The position numbers and the translations under genes were made by a program. Below, piece after piece: positions 15,485 through 23,809 of a stretch of DNA of 64,000 nucleotides; the first letter of the stretch is position 1; each line of letters begins with the position of its first letter. The notes under the pieces were generated by a model, which saw only the letters and a program-made list of their open reading frames with translations, was not told where the DNA came from and searched no databases. The stretch covers positions 2,318 to 66,317 of the forward strand of contig CALVBV010000001.1 in the NCBI GenBank assembly GCA_944325815.1, in the 5' to 3' direction. Origin of the DNA: Candidatus Gastranaerophilales bacterium (GTDB taxonomy: Bacteria; Cyanobacteriota; Vampirovibrionia; Gastranaerophilales; Gastranaerophilaceae).

Positions 15485-16385
15485 AGAGAATTTTGAAATT
15501 AAACCGCTTACTACATATAAAATAGGCGGGATTGTAAAAAGAGTGTATTTCCCTGAAAACTTACAAGAGTTTTCAGAACTGCTTAGGGAACTGGATAATT
15601 ATATAGTTCTCGGAAGCTGTTCCGATATTCTGTTTTCGTCCAACGGCTACAGCGGTAATATAATAATTACGACAGAAATGAAAAACTATGAAATAAAAGG
15701 TACCACAATTCTTGCAGAATGCGGAGTTAAAGATCCTTTATTGTCTCAAAAAGCTGCAGAAGTTTCTCTTAGCGGTTTAGAGTTTTTAATAGGGCTTCCC
15801 GGAACAATCGGAGGGGCTGTTTATATGAACGCGGGGGCGCACGGACAGTGTATTGCAGACACTCTTGTATCCTGCTGTTTGTTTGACAGGGAAACAAAAG
15901 AAGTTGTCTTTAAACAAAAATCAGAAATGAATTTTTCTTACAGACACTCATTGCTTCACGACGGACGCTATATTTTGTTATCAGCAGAGTTTGAACTTAA
16001 AAAAGCTTCTCAAGACGAAATTAAAGAGCTTATGGACAGAAACCTCACATTCAGAAAAACAATCCAGCCGTCTCTTGCAAATCCTAATGCAGGAAGCGTT
16101 TTCAAGAATCCAGAGAATGATTCCGCCGGAAGGCTCCTTGATAAAGCCGGTGTTAAGAGTTTTGAAACTCCGACAGTTAAGGTTTGGGACAAGCATGCAA
16201 ACTTTATTATAAACAAAGGCGGTGCTACTTCAGAAGATATTCTGGAGATGATGGTAAAAATGTATGAGGCAGTAAAGCAGACTTATACTATTGAATTAAA
16301 GCCGGAAATAATATTTATCGGCGATAAGACTAAAAAAGAGGAAGAATTATGCAATATACTATACAAAACAAAGACGCAAAAATAG
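15474..16385 (+). CDS. murB: UDP-N-acetylenolpyruvoylglucosamine reductase
   Basis: LTTYKIGG, LGSCSDILF, GLPGTIGGAVYMNAGAHG and GSVFKNP are present. The start is a TTG overlapping the murC end. Confidence 0.9.
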   Translation: MLVKENFEIKPLTTYKIGGIVKRVYFPENLQEFSELLRELDNYIVLGSCSDILFSSNGYSGNIIITTEMKNYEIKGTTILAECGVKDPLLSQKAAEVSLSGLEFLIGLPGTIGGAVYMNAGAHGQCIADTLVSCCLFDRETKEVVFKQKSEMNFSYRHSLLHDGRYILLSAEFELKKASQDEIKELMDRNLTFRKTIQPSLANPNAGSVFKNPENDSAGRLLDKAGVKSFETPTVKVWDKHANFIINKGGATSEDILEMMVKMYEAVKQTYTIELKPEIIFIGDKTKKEEELCNILYKTKTQK

Positions 16386-17287
16386 CAGTACTTTGCGGCG
16401 GAATGTCGTCAGAACGGGAAATATCACTCAGGTCGGGTAAAAATTGTCTGGGGGCGCTTCACAGACTGGGGTATAAAAACGCTGAAATTGTTGATGTTAC
16501 CCCAAATGTTATGAATGACCTCAAGGGGTTTGAATATGCTTACAACACACTTCACGGAAAATACGGCGAAGACGGATGTATTCAAGGTGTTCTAGAAATT
16601 ATGAAAATACCTTATACAGGATGCGGTGTTATGGCAAGTGCTATTTGTATGAACAAAGAGTTTACCAAAAGAGTTCTGAAAAACACTAATGTAAATTTAA
16701 TAAAATCGGCTTATGTGCTTCCGAATGAGGATCCCGTAAAAAAGGTTCAGGATTTGGAATACCCGCTTATGGTTAAACCTGTATCAGAAGGCTCAAGCTA
16801 CGGTATGAGTAAAGTTATCTGTGACGGGGAACTTTATGATGCGGTAAAAGAGGCCAGAAAATACAATAATGAAGTTCTTATCGAAGAATTTATTGACGGA
16901 TTCTTTGTTACAGTAGGTGTTCTGGAAAAAGACGACAAAGCTTTTGCAACTGAGATTCTTGAAATTAGAACAAAAACTGACTGGTATGATTTTGACGCAA
17001 AATATACAAAAGGTTTGTCGGAATTTATTGTTCCGGCAACAGGTTTGAGCAAGGAAGCTTCAGAAATTACAAAACAAATGGCAGTAGAGGCTCACAATGC
17101 CTGCGGCTGTTCCGGTGTTTCAAGAGTTGACTTTATGGTAAAAGATGATAAGCCGTACTTTCTGGAGATTAACACAAATCCGGGAATGACTGACACAAGC
17201 GATTTGCCGGCTCAGGCAAAGGCTTGCGGTATAGATTATGACAATTTGGTTTTAATGATACTTAACAGCGCAGGACTTAATAAATAA
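16349..17287 (+). CDS. ddl: D-alanine--D-alanine ligase
   Basis: IAVLCGGMSSEREISLRSG, HGKYGEDGCIQGVLE, the ATP-grasp core and the EINTNPGMT motif are present. Confidence 0.9.
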   Translation: MQYTIQNKDAKIAVLCGGMSSEREISLRSGKNCLGALHRLGYKNAEIVDVTPNVMNDLKGFEYAYNTLHGKYGEDGCIQGVLEIMKIPYTGCGVMASAICMNKEFTKRVLKNTNVNLIKSAYVLPNEDPVKKVQDLEYPLMVKPVSEGSSYGMSKVICDGELYDAVKEARKYNNEVLIEEFIDGFFVTVGVLEKDDKAFATEILEIRTKTDWYDFDAKYTKGLSEFIVPATGLSKEASEITKQMAVEAHNACGCSGVSRVDFMVKDDKPYFLEINTNPGMTDTSDLPAQAKACGIDYDNLVLMILNSAGLNK

Positions 17288-18129
17288 TGTCGGAACATCC
17301 GAGCTACCATCAAAACAGACGATTACAGCAAGCTAAAATGCAGAGACAGATTAGGCGCTCGCAAAAGCGTTTGCATCAGCTGCGGTCTTTGTGGAAATTC
17401 TCATTAATTATTTTGATGATAGCTTTGGGGCTGTTTATTCTGAAAAATCCCCAATGGCGCTTACATAAGAATGCTTTTGACAGTTTGAACAGTCCGGCCT
17501 TAGAAATTGTTAATAACAGGATTGTACCTGCACAGAAAATTTTGGCGGCTCTAAGACGTAATCAGGTATCTACAAAACCGATATTTCTTGTGGAAACAGA
17601 AAACCTGAAAAAAAGCATTATGCAGTTAGAGCCGGTTCAAAATGTTTATATAAGGCGCTTCTGGTATCCTGCAAGACTGCAGATTATAGTAGTGGAAAGA
17701 ACTCCTGTAATCACAATAGCGCCTGATATAGACGTTCCGCCAATAGCGTTTTTCTCAGCAGACGGCAAATTAATCGGGCGGGAGTATATGCCGCTTGCGG
17801 ATGATTTTAAAATATACAGGGTTATTACTTACGGAAGCGGCGATGATTACAGAAACTGGAATCAGGCAAAAGTCAATCTGTTTAGAAAACTCGCAGGAAC
17901 TGTAGAGCTGGATTCAGGAGAAAATGTGGAATACATTGATTACAGGAACCCCAAAGATGTGTATGTAAAGATTCCGACGGTTAACATAAGGCTTGGAAGC
18001 CTTAATGCCGGAACAATTGAAAAAATCCACCGGATTCCGTCACTTCTTCCGCAGGTAAAGATGCTTAATAAGAAGGTTAAGTACATTGATCTGAGGTGGG
18101 ACACAAATTATATTAAGCTGGATGAGTAA
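17287..18129 (+). CDS. ftsQ: Cell division protein FtsQ-like (basic N-terminus, single TM helix, POTRA-like region)
   Basis: Supported by position after ddl with TAATG overlap, a TM helix (FSLIILMIALGLFIL) and a POTRA-like IVNNRIVPAQKILAAL. Confidence 0.7.
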   Translation: MSEHPSYHQNRRLQQAKMQRQIRRSQKRLHQLRSLWKFSLIILMIALGLFILKNPQWRLHKNAFDSLNSPALEIVNNRIVPAQKILAALRRNQVSTKPIFLVETENLKKSIMQLEPVQNVYIRRFWYPARLQIIVVERTPVITIAPDIDVPPIAFFSADGKLIGREYMPLADDFKIYRVITYGSGDDYRNWNQAKVNLFRKLAGTVELDSGENVEYIDYRNPKDVYVKIPTVNIRLGSLNAGTIEKIHRIPSLLPQVKMLNKKVKYIDLRWDTNYIKLDE

Positions 18130-19203
18130 ATGCCTTCAAGTGTTTATATTCACATACCTTTTTGCAAATCAAAATGTAGATACTGCTCTTTTGTCTCGTT
18201 TTGCTCCTTAGAAAAAATTCCACAGTATATTGATTCATTAAAAAAAGAAATCTCTGAAAACTATAGAGGAGAGAGGCTAAAAACTCTCTATTTTGGCGGA
18301 GGCACACCATCTCTCATCCACTCCGGACTTTTAGCGGACGTAATCAATTTATTCAGGTTCGATGAGGATTGCGAAGTCACGCTGGAGGTGAATCCGGATG
18401 ATGTTAATGAGAACTACCTGAAAACAATTAAGAATCTTGGGGTAAACAGATTAAGTATCGGCTCGCAGACATTTGATAACAAAATATTGAAGCTTATCGG
18501 GCGCAGACATGGAGGAGAGGATATAAAAAAAGCCGTTGAGCTTGCTAAAAAATCGGGATTTAATAATATAAGCGTAGATTTAATATACGGACTTCCAGAA
18601 CAAACGCTTGAAGGAGTAAAACAGGATTTAGAAAAGTTTTTAGCTCTTGATATCCAGCACATATCAACCTACGGACTGAAAATTGAAGAAGGTTCGTATT
18701 TTTATACGCATACGCCTAATAACCTTCCGGACGATGACTTGCAGGCGGATATGTATGAACTTATTAATAATTTTCTGGAATCTCAGGGTTTTTACAGATA
18801 TGAGGTTAGTAATTTTGCAAAACCGGGGTTTGAATCTAAGCACAATCTCAATTATTGGAACAATGAAGAATACTATGGTTTTGGCGTCTCTGCGCATGGC
18901 TACTCGGATGGTGCCCGCTATTCTAATTCAGTAACATTGGATGAGTATTTTAATACTCCGCGCAGACATAGCCAAAAGCTTACAGACAGAGAAAAGCTGG
19001 AAGAAGAAATTTTTCTCGGTTTTCGAAAAACCGAAGGGATTAACACTAACAAAATCAGAGAAAAGTACGGCATTGATTTTGAGAAAAATTATGCAAATGT
19101 TTTAGAAAAATATGCAGGGTATTTTGAAAAAACTCAATCAGGATACGCTCTTAATCTGCAGGGAGTTTTAATAAGCAACATTATTCTGGCAGAATTTTTG
19201 TAA
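18130..19203 (+). CDS. hemW: HemN-like radical SAM protein (HemW-type heme chaperone)
   Basis: VYIHIPFCKSKCRYCSF carries the CxxxCxxC cluster. YFGGGTPS is present and the roughly 357-aa size is typical of HemW. Confidence 0.85.
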   Translation: MPSSVYIHIPFCKSKCRYCSFVSFCSLEKIPQYIDSLKKEISENYRGERLKTLYFGGGTPSLIHSGLLADVINLFRFDEDCEVTLEVNPDDVNENYLKTIKNLGVNRLSIGSQTFDNKILKLIGRRHGGEDIKKAVELAKKSGFNNISVDLIYGLPEQTLEGVKQDLEKFLALDIQHISTYGLKIEEGSYFYTHTPNNLPDDDLQADMYELINNFLESQGFYRYEVSNFAKPGFESKHNLNYWNNEEYYGFGVSAHGYSDGARYSNSVTLDEYFNTPRRHSQKLTDREKLEEEIFLGFRKTEGINTNKIREKYGIDFEKNYANVLEKYAGYFEKTQSGYALNLQGVLISNIILAEFL

Positions 19204-21048
19204 TTATTCAATATACTTGCCGTCAAAAAGTTCCAGAATCATTTTCTCCTGATCAGACTCAAACCTGACATTTTCTGCCGGCTTTGAGTCCGCCTGTTCA
19301 TCAGTGTTGTCGTCAAAAAATTCTTCGCCTGCAGACTCATTAGTTACTTCCGGCTCTGACACCTTCGGTTCAACCTTAGGCTCATGGGCTTTAATTATTT
19401 GAGGCTCAGTTTTTTTTTTCTCTTCTTCCGCTTTTGCTTCCGGCTGTTCTATTTTAGGCGTTACAGGAGTATCTCCGCTTCCCGGAAGGCGGATTGTAAC
19501 AGAGGTGTTTGATTGGTTAAACATTGTATTTGCGGCATCAATAATCATCTGTTTTTTATTGGTGTCATTTATCTGTGATACGAGCTTTTCATTCTTAAAA
19601 GTAATAACAACACCATCTGATGCAATCTTTACCGGCGTTGCAAGGTTAAGAAGCGCCTTTGTTGCAGGACTTTTAATATTCGTAAGCAGCATCTGCCATA
19701 ATGAGTGAATATCATTTCCATCAGGCTTTTTAGACATCGGAGGCGGAGTAAATATTTCCTCTTTTTCCTCTGTTTGGTTCTGTACCGGTCTGGCAGCAGA
19801 TTCAGCAGGCTTTTCAACGGAGACAGCCTTAGGCTGCTGTAATGGAGTTTGAACCGGACGGCTGACCATTTGCTGAGGTGCAGGCTGAAAACCGCCGCTT
19901 TCAAGAGCCTTTACCCTGTTTTGCAAATCAAGCAAGGTCGTATTCTCGCTCATATTAGCTAAATCTATCATCCCGACTTCCAGCCACAAATGCTGGTTTG
20001 TAGCGAGTTTTACCTCTTTTATATAATAAGTTATTCTCTCCAGCAAGAAAACTATCTGTTGTGTTTCGAGCAAGTCCTTTTGCTTTAAAAGTTCTTCTAT
20101 CTGAGGCTCATTCAGTCCTGTGAGTTCAACCAGAAGCTCTTTTCTGCAATTTTTTACGATTAGCAGATTCTTAAAATACTCTGAAAGGTTTGTTAAAATC
20201 TGCAGAGGCTCGTTTCCGGAGTTATAAATATCGTTTAAAATTTCGATTGCTTCATTTGGTGCAGAATTAATAATCTTTTCACTCAGCTTATGCAAAACAT
20301 CAAATGAAATTCTTCCTAAAACAGCATTAACATCATCTACCGTGATTTGCTTAGAAACACCGAGCAGACTTAACTGGTCAAGAAGCGATATACTATCTCT
20401 CATTCCGCCTGCGGAGTTTTTTGCTATTGCAAAAAGAGCATCATCTGAGATATTAATTTTTTCTTCATCAGAAATATAGCGCAGATGTTTCACAATATCG
20501 TCAGTCGTAATCCGCCTGAAATCAAACCTCTGGCAACGGCTCTTTATCGTATCTAAAACTTTATGAACTTCTGTTGTTGCAAGTATAAAAATTACATTCT
20601 CCGGCGGCTCTTCAAGCGTCTTTAAAAGCGCATTAAAGGCATGGTTTGTCAGCATGTGAACTTCGTCTATAATATAGATTTTGTACTTGCCATGAACCGG
20701 AACGTATTGAATTTTCTCCAAAATACTCTGCGTATCTTCGACTTTTCTGTTACTTGCCGCATCAATTTCAATTACATCAATAGGAACAGTATTTGTAATA
20801 TCAACACAGCTTTCACAAACCCCGCAGGGATGAATAGTCGGTCCGTTTTTACAATTCAAGGATTTTGCCAAAATTCTTGCAGTAGAAGTCTTTCCGGTAC
20901 CTCTGGGGCCGGTAAAAAGAAAAGCATGAGCAATTTTCCCAAGCTCAATTGCACTTGTTAAAGCCTTTTTTATATGTTCCTGCCCTACAAGAGTATCCAG
21001 CGTCTGAGGACGGTATTTTCGATATAATGGTACATAATTCCCGCTCAT
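19204..21048 (-). CDS. dnaX: DNA polymerase III subunit gamma/tau
   Basis: LYRKYRPQ, the Walker A GPRGTGKTS, the zinc module CGVCESC and DEVHML are present. The C-terminal half is acidic and proline-rich. Confidence 0.9.
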   Translation of the reverse strand: MSGNYVPLYRKYRPQTLDTLVGQEHIKKALTSAIELGKIAHAFLFTGPRGTGKTSTARILAKSLNCKNGPTIHPCGVCESCVDITNTVPIDVIEIDAASNRKVEDTQSILEKIQYVPVHGKYKIYIIDEVHMLTNHAFNALLKTLEEPPENVIFILATTEVHKVLDTIKSRCQRFDFRRITTDDIVKHLRYISDEEKINISDDALFAIAKNSAGGMRDSISLLDQLSLLGVSKQITVDDVNAVLGRISFDVLHKLSEKIINSAPNEAIEILNDIYNSGNEPLQILTNLSEYFKNLLIVKNCRKELLVELTGLNEPQIEELLKQKDLLETQQIVFLLERITYYIKEVKLATNQHLWLEVGMIDLANMSENTTLLDLQNRVKALESGGFQPAPQQMVSRPVQTPLQQPKAVSVEKPAESAARPVQNQTEEKEEIFTPPPMSKKPDGNDIHSLWQMLLTNIKSPATKALLNLATPVKIASDGVVITFKNEKLVSQINDTNKKQMIIDAANTMFNQSNTSVTIRLPGSGDTPVTPKIEQPEAKAEEEKKKTEPQIIKAHEPKVEPKVSEPEVTNESAGEEFFDDNTDEQADSKPAENVRFESDQEKMILELFDGKYIE

Positions 21049-21097
21049 ATAATTAGTTTAACATAAAATTGATAACATCCAAATTTTATATTAAAAT

Positions 21098-22435
21098 ATG
21101 CGTATGAAAAGAGGGTTGATTTTATTACTGTCGTTTATTTTAAGTATGTCGTCGGTTTTTGCCTATGACCTAATCTGGCCTAAGCAGAAAGAAACCGTAA
21201 CAGATAAAGATTATGCCCTGTTTGTCGGAAGAGCAAGAAACGCTGAGAGTATTGTTATTAATGATAAAAGAATTTACACAGCCCCAAACGGCGCATTTGC
21301 ACATACTGTAAAACTTAAAGAAGGTAATAACAGAATCGTTGTAAGATCAAACTACAGCGCCCAGGTTTATCGTTTCCGCAAAGAAAATAAGCCTGTTATA
21401 GATGAGCCTCTGAAAGAATTCGAACCTAAATGTGCAATTGTAAAAACAGATGAAACACCACTGCGCAGCACCCCTGAAAGTTACGGAATGAACCGCATAT
21501 CCCACCTGTTCAAAGATACAACAGTCTTAGTGAACGGTTCTAAAGGAAATTTCTACAGAGTATTTTTATCCAAAGATAAAACCGCCTGGATTGAAAAAAA
21601 GGATGTATGTCTAACAGATAAAACGGATTCTAACCCCGCACAATTTATAACAATGGACAGTAAAAAATTTAAAAATGCCTCAATTCAAACCGTAAAATTT
21701 TCAAAAAATCTGCCCTTTACTATAGAAGATTTAGATAATGAAATCATTTTCAGAATATACAATCCGGAACTTTCAGAATCCTCTGTATATACAGTAAATA
21801 TCCCAAAGCCAGAAAAATATACTTATACAACAGCCTTAAAAAACGGAGAATACACATTTAAAGTGAGCAGTCTCCCCGTTGAGATTGAAAATAGTGTGAT
21901 AGTAATCGATGCCGGACATGGCGGTTCAGAAAAAGGGGCTGTAGGCTGTCTTGGAGATGAAGAAAAGAATCTTAATCTTAGAATTGCTCTGGAACTTGCG
22001 GAAATGCTGAGGCTTCTTGGTGCAAACGTAGTAATGACAAGAGAATGCGACGGAAATATGTCATTAGGAGAAAGAGTCGAACTTGCAAAACATAATCACG
22101 CAAACATATTTATCAGCATACATCATAATTCCATCGGGAACACGGAATTTAAACTTTACAAACACCGCGGTACGAGTGTTTACTACTTTAATAAAAATGC
22201 CAAGAACCTGGCATCTTGTATAGAAAAGTCCGTTTCTAAAACTGCCGGCACCCGCAAGGACGGAGTTCGCCAAGCCAGCTTTTTTGTTATCCGCCCGACC
22301 GAGTACACAGGAGTTTTGGTAGAAACTGCGTATATGATTAACCCTTTTGATTCTGTTCTTTATACCTCAGAAGATTTTGCTAAAAATGCTGCCGCAGGCA
22401 TTGCAAATGGAATTTTAGAATTTTTAAATAAATAA
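21098..22435 (+). CDS. N-acetylmuramoyl-L-alanine amidase (Amidase_3) with a signal peptide and an SH3-like middle domain
   Basis: VIDAGHGGSEKGAVG, NLRIALELAEML, MTRE, FISIHHNS and ETAYM are present. Confidence 0.85.
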   Translation: MRMKRGLILLLSFILSMSSVFAYDLIWPKQKETVTDKDYALFVGRARNAESIVINDKRIYTAPNGAFAHTVKLKEGNNRIVVRSNYSAQVYRFRKENKPVIDEPLKEFEPKCAIVKTDETPLRSTPESYGMNRISHLFKDTTVLVNGSKGNFYRVFLSKDKTAWIEKKDVCLTDKTDSNPAQFITMDSKKFKNASIQTVKFSKNLPFTIEDLDNEIIFRIYNPELSESSVYTVNIPKPEKYTYTTALKNGEYTFKVSSLPVEIENSVIVIDAGHGGSEKGAVGCLGDEEKNLNLRIALELAEMLRLLGANVVMTRECDGNMSLGERVELAKHNHANIFISIHHNSIGNTEFKLYKHRGTSVYYFNKNAKNLASCIEKSVSKTAGTRKDGVRQASFFVIRPTEYTGVLVETAYMINPFDSVLYTSEDFAKNAAAGIANGILEFLNK

Positions 22436-22470
22436 AAAAACTCCAAAGATTGAAATCCTTGGAGTTTTTT
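22434..22470. terminator. Bidirectional intrinsic terminator between the amidase gene and rplL
   Basis: A7, CTCCAA, a 12-nt loop, TTGGAG, then T6. Confidence 0.6.
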
Positions 22471-22486
22471 ACAAAATAATGCCAAA

Positions 22487-22867
22487 CTACTTAATTTCAA
22501 CAGCAGCGCCGGCAGCTTCAAGCTGTTTCTTGATAGCTTCTGCTTCTTCTTTCTTAACGCCTTCTTTAATAGCTTTTGGAGCACCATCAACTAAATCTTT
22601 AGCTTCTTTCAAGCCAAGACCAGTGATAGCTCTAACTTCTTTAAGAACCGCGATTTTCTTATCAGCAGGAACTGAAGCTAAAACTACATTAACTTCTGCA
22701 TCAGCATCATCAGCAGCAGCCGGTGCAGCGCCGCCAGCAGGTGCAGCAGCTACAGCTACAGGTGCAGCTGCAGATACGCCGAATTTTTCTTCCATAGCTT
22801 TTACTAATTCAGCAGCTTCTAACAAAGTTAATTTTTCAATTGATTCTAAGATAGATTCGATACTCAT
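22487..22867 (-). CDS. rplL: 50S ribosomal protein L7/L12
   Basis: [19 protein letters not shown], an Ala-rich hinge and [19 protein letters not shown] are present. Confidence 0.95.
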   Translation of the reverse strand: MSIESILESIEKLTLLEAAELVKAMEEKFGVSAAAPVAVAAAPAGGAAPAAADDADAEVNVVLASVPADKKIAVLKEVRAITGLGLKEAKDLVDGAPKAIKEGVKKEEAEAIKKQLEAAGAAVEIK

Positions 22868-22961
22868 TGTTTTTCTCCTTTTATTCTAATTTGAGTTGTA
22901 ATACATTTTGTTTTTAGGCGGGGCTTATACAAGTTAAGTTTTATATTAAAACCTAAAATAT

Positions 22962-22985
22962 TACCCCTTTACCCCTTTACCCATT
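22962..22985 (-). repeat. Three tandem 8-mers (mRNA sense AATGGGTA AAGGGGTA AAGGGGTA) in the rplJ-rplL spacer
   Basis: The plus strand reads TACCCCTT TACCCCTT TACCCATT. It begins 10 nt downstream of the rplJ stop. Confidence 0.7.
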
Positions 22986-22994
22986 TAGCCTGCC

Positions 22995-23516
22995 TTAAGC
23001 GGCTTTCTGGTCTCTGACAGCTGCAATGGCTCTAACAAGAGATGACATAACAGCATTGACAGAATTTGCGATACCTGAAGCAGGTGAGTTGATGCAGCCA
23101 AGCATTTTTGCGTAAATTTCTTCTTTTGAAGGAAGATTAGCAAGAGCTTTTGCTTCATCAGCAGACATCAGTCTGCCATCCATTGCCGCAGCAAGAATTT
23201 CACCTTTCTTAGTTTCTTTAATAAATGTTGATAAAGCCTTAGCCGGTGCTACCTGATCTGAAAAACCGAACGCAATGGCGATAGGGCCTTTCATTGTTTC
23301 AGCTAACACTTCATAAGGAGTGCCTTTGATAGCGATTTTTGTAAGGGTATTTTTTGTAACCATATAATCACCGCCGACAGCTTGAAGAGCTCTTCTAAGC
23401 TTAGTGATTTCTTCTACGCTTAAACCCTTATATTCGGTAACAATTGCAACTTGTGCTTTATCTATTTTTTCTTTGATAAGTGCAACCTTATCTTCTTTAA
23501 AAGCTTTTGTTGACAT
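22995..23516 (-). CDS. rplJ: 50S ribosomal protein L10
   Basis: 173 aa, lying immediately upstream of rplL. The KEDKVALIKEKIDKAQVAIVTEYKGLSVEEITKLRR pattern is typical of L10. Confidence 0.9.
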   Translation of the reverse strand: MSTKAFKEDKVALIKEKIDKAQVAIVTEYKGLSVEEITKLRRALQAVGGDYMVTKNTLTKIAIKGTPYEVLAETMKGPIAIAFGFSDQVAPAKALSTFIKETKKGEILAAAMDGRLMSADEAKALANLPSKEEIYAKMLGCINSPASGIANSVNAVMSSLVRAIAAVRDQKAA

Positions 23517-23559
23517 TTTTTGCTCCTTTATATTATATGTTATCGACCTTTTACATACT

Positions 23560-23725
23560 AAAAAGATTTTGCAATCTTTCTTTTATAATCGCAAAATCTA
23601 ACACAATCTTAAGCTATTTATATTTAAGACTTGGTGCGAATTTTCATCTTTAAGTAACTCTAACCGGTCACTTTGTGATATTACTCGTTGGAATGTTTAA
23701 TCCAAACCATTTACCGCACCGGGTG
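23560..23725 (-). promoter_or_regulatory. Candidate structured rplJ leader with a terminator-like attenuator hairpin
   Basis: On the minus strand an outer pairing GGTGCG (23633-23638) / CGCACC (23715-23720) encloses a hairpin TTGGA/TCCAA (23688-23705). Then GATTTTGC-N18-GCAAAATC (23565-23598) is followed by U5, about 45 nt before the rplJ start codon. Confidence 0.4.
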
Positions 23726-23809
23726 TAATCTCGGCCAGCCTGTTTTCACAATTTAAATCTTTTTACAGATACTGACTGTCTGCGATTATATTTTATTTTT
23801 AGCAAAAAA

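Noticed and set aside
22479-22889. 136-aa plus-strand ORF antisense to rplL, and similar long antisense ORFs at 25340-25795, 9571-9912, 35742-36119 and 34341-34868
   Set aside because: These are mirror-image low-complexity translations of well-supported genes on the opposite strand (the Ala-rich hinge of L7/L12 and the acidic linker). No independent coding signal is present.
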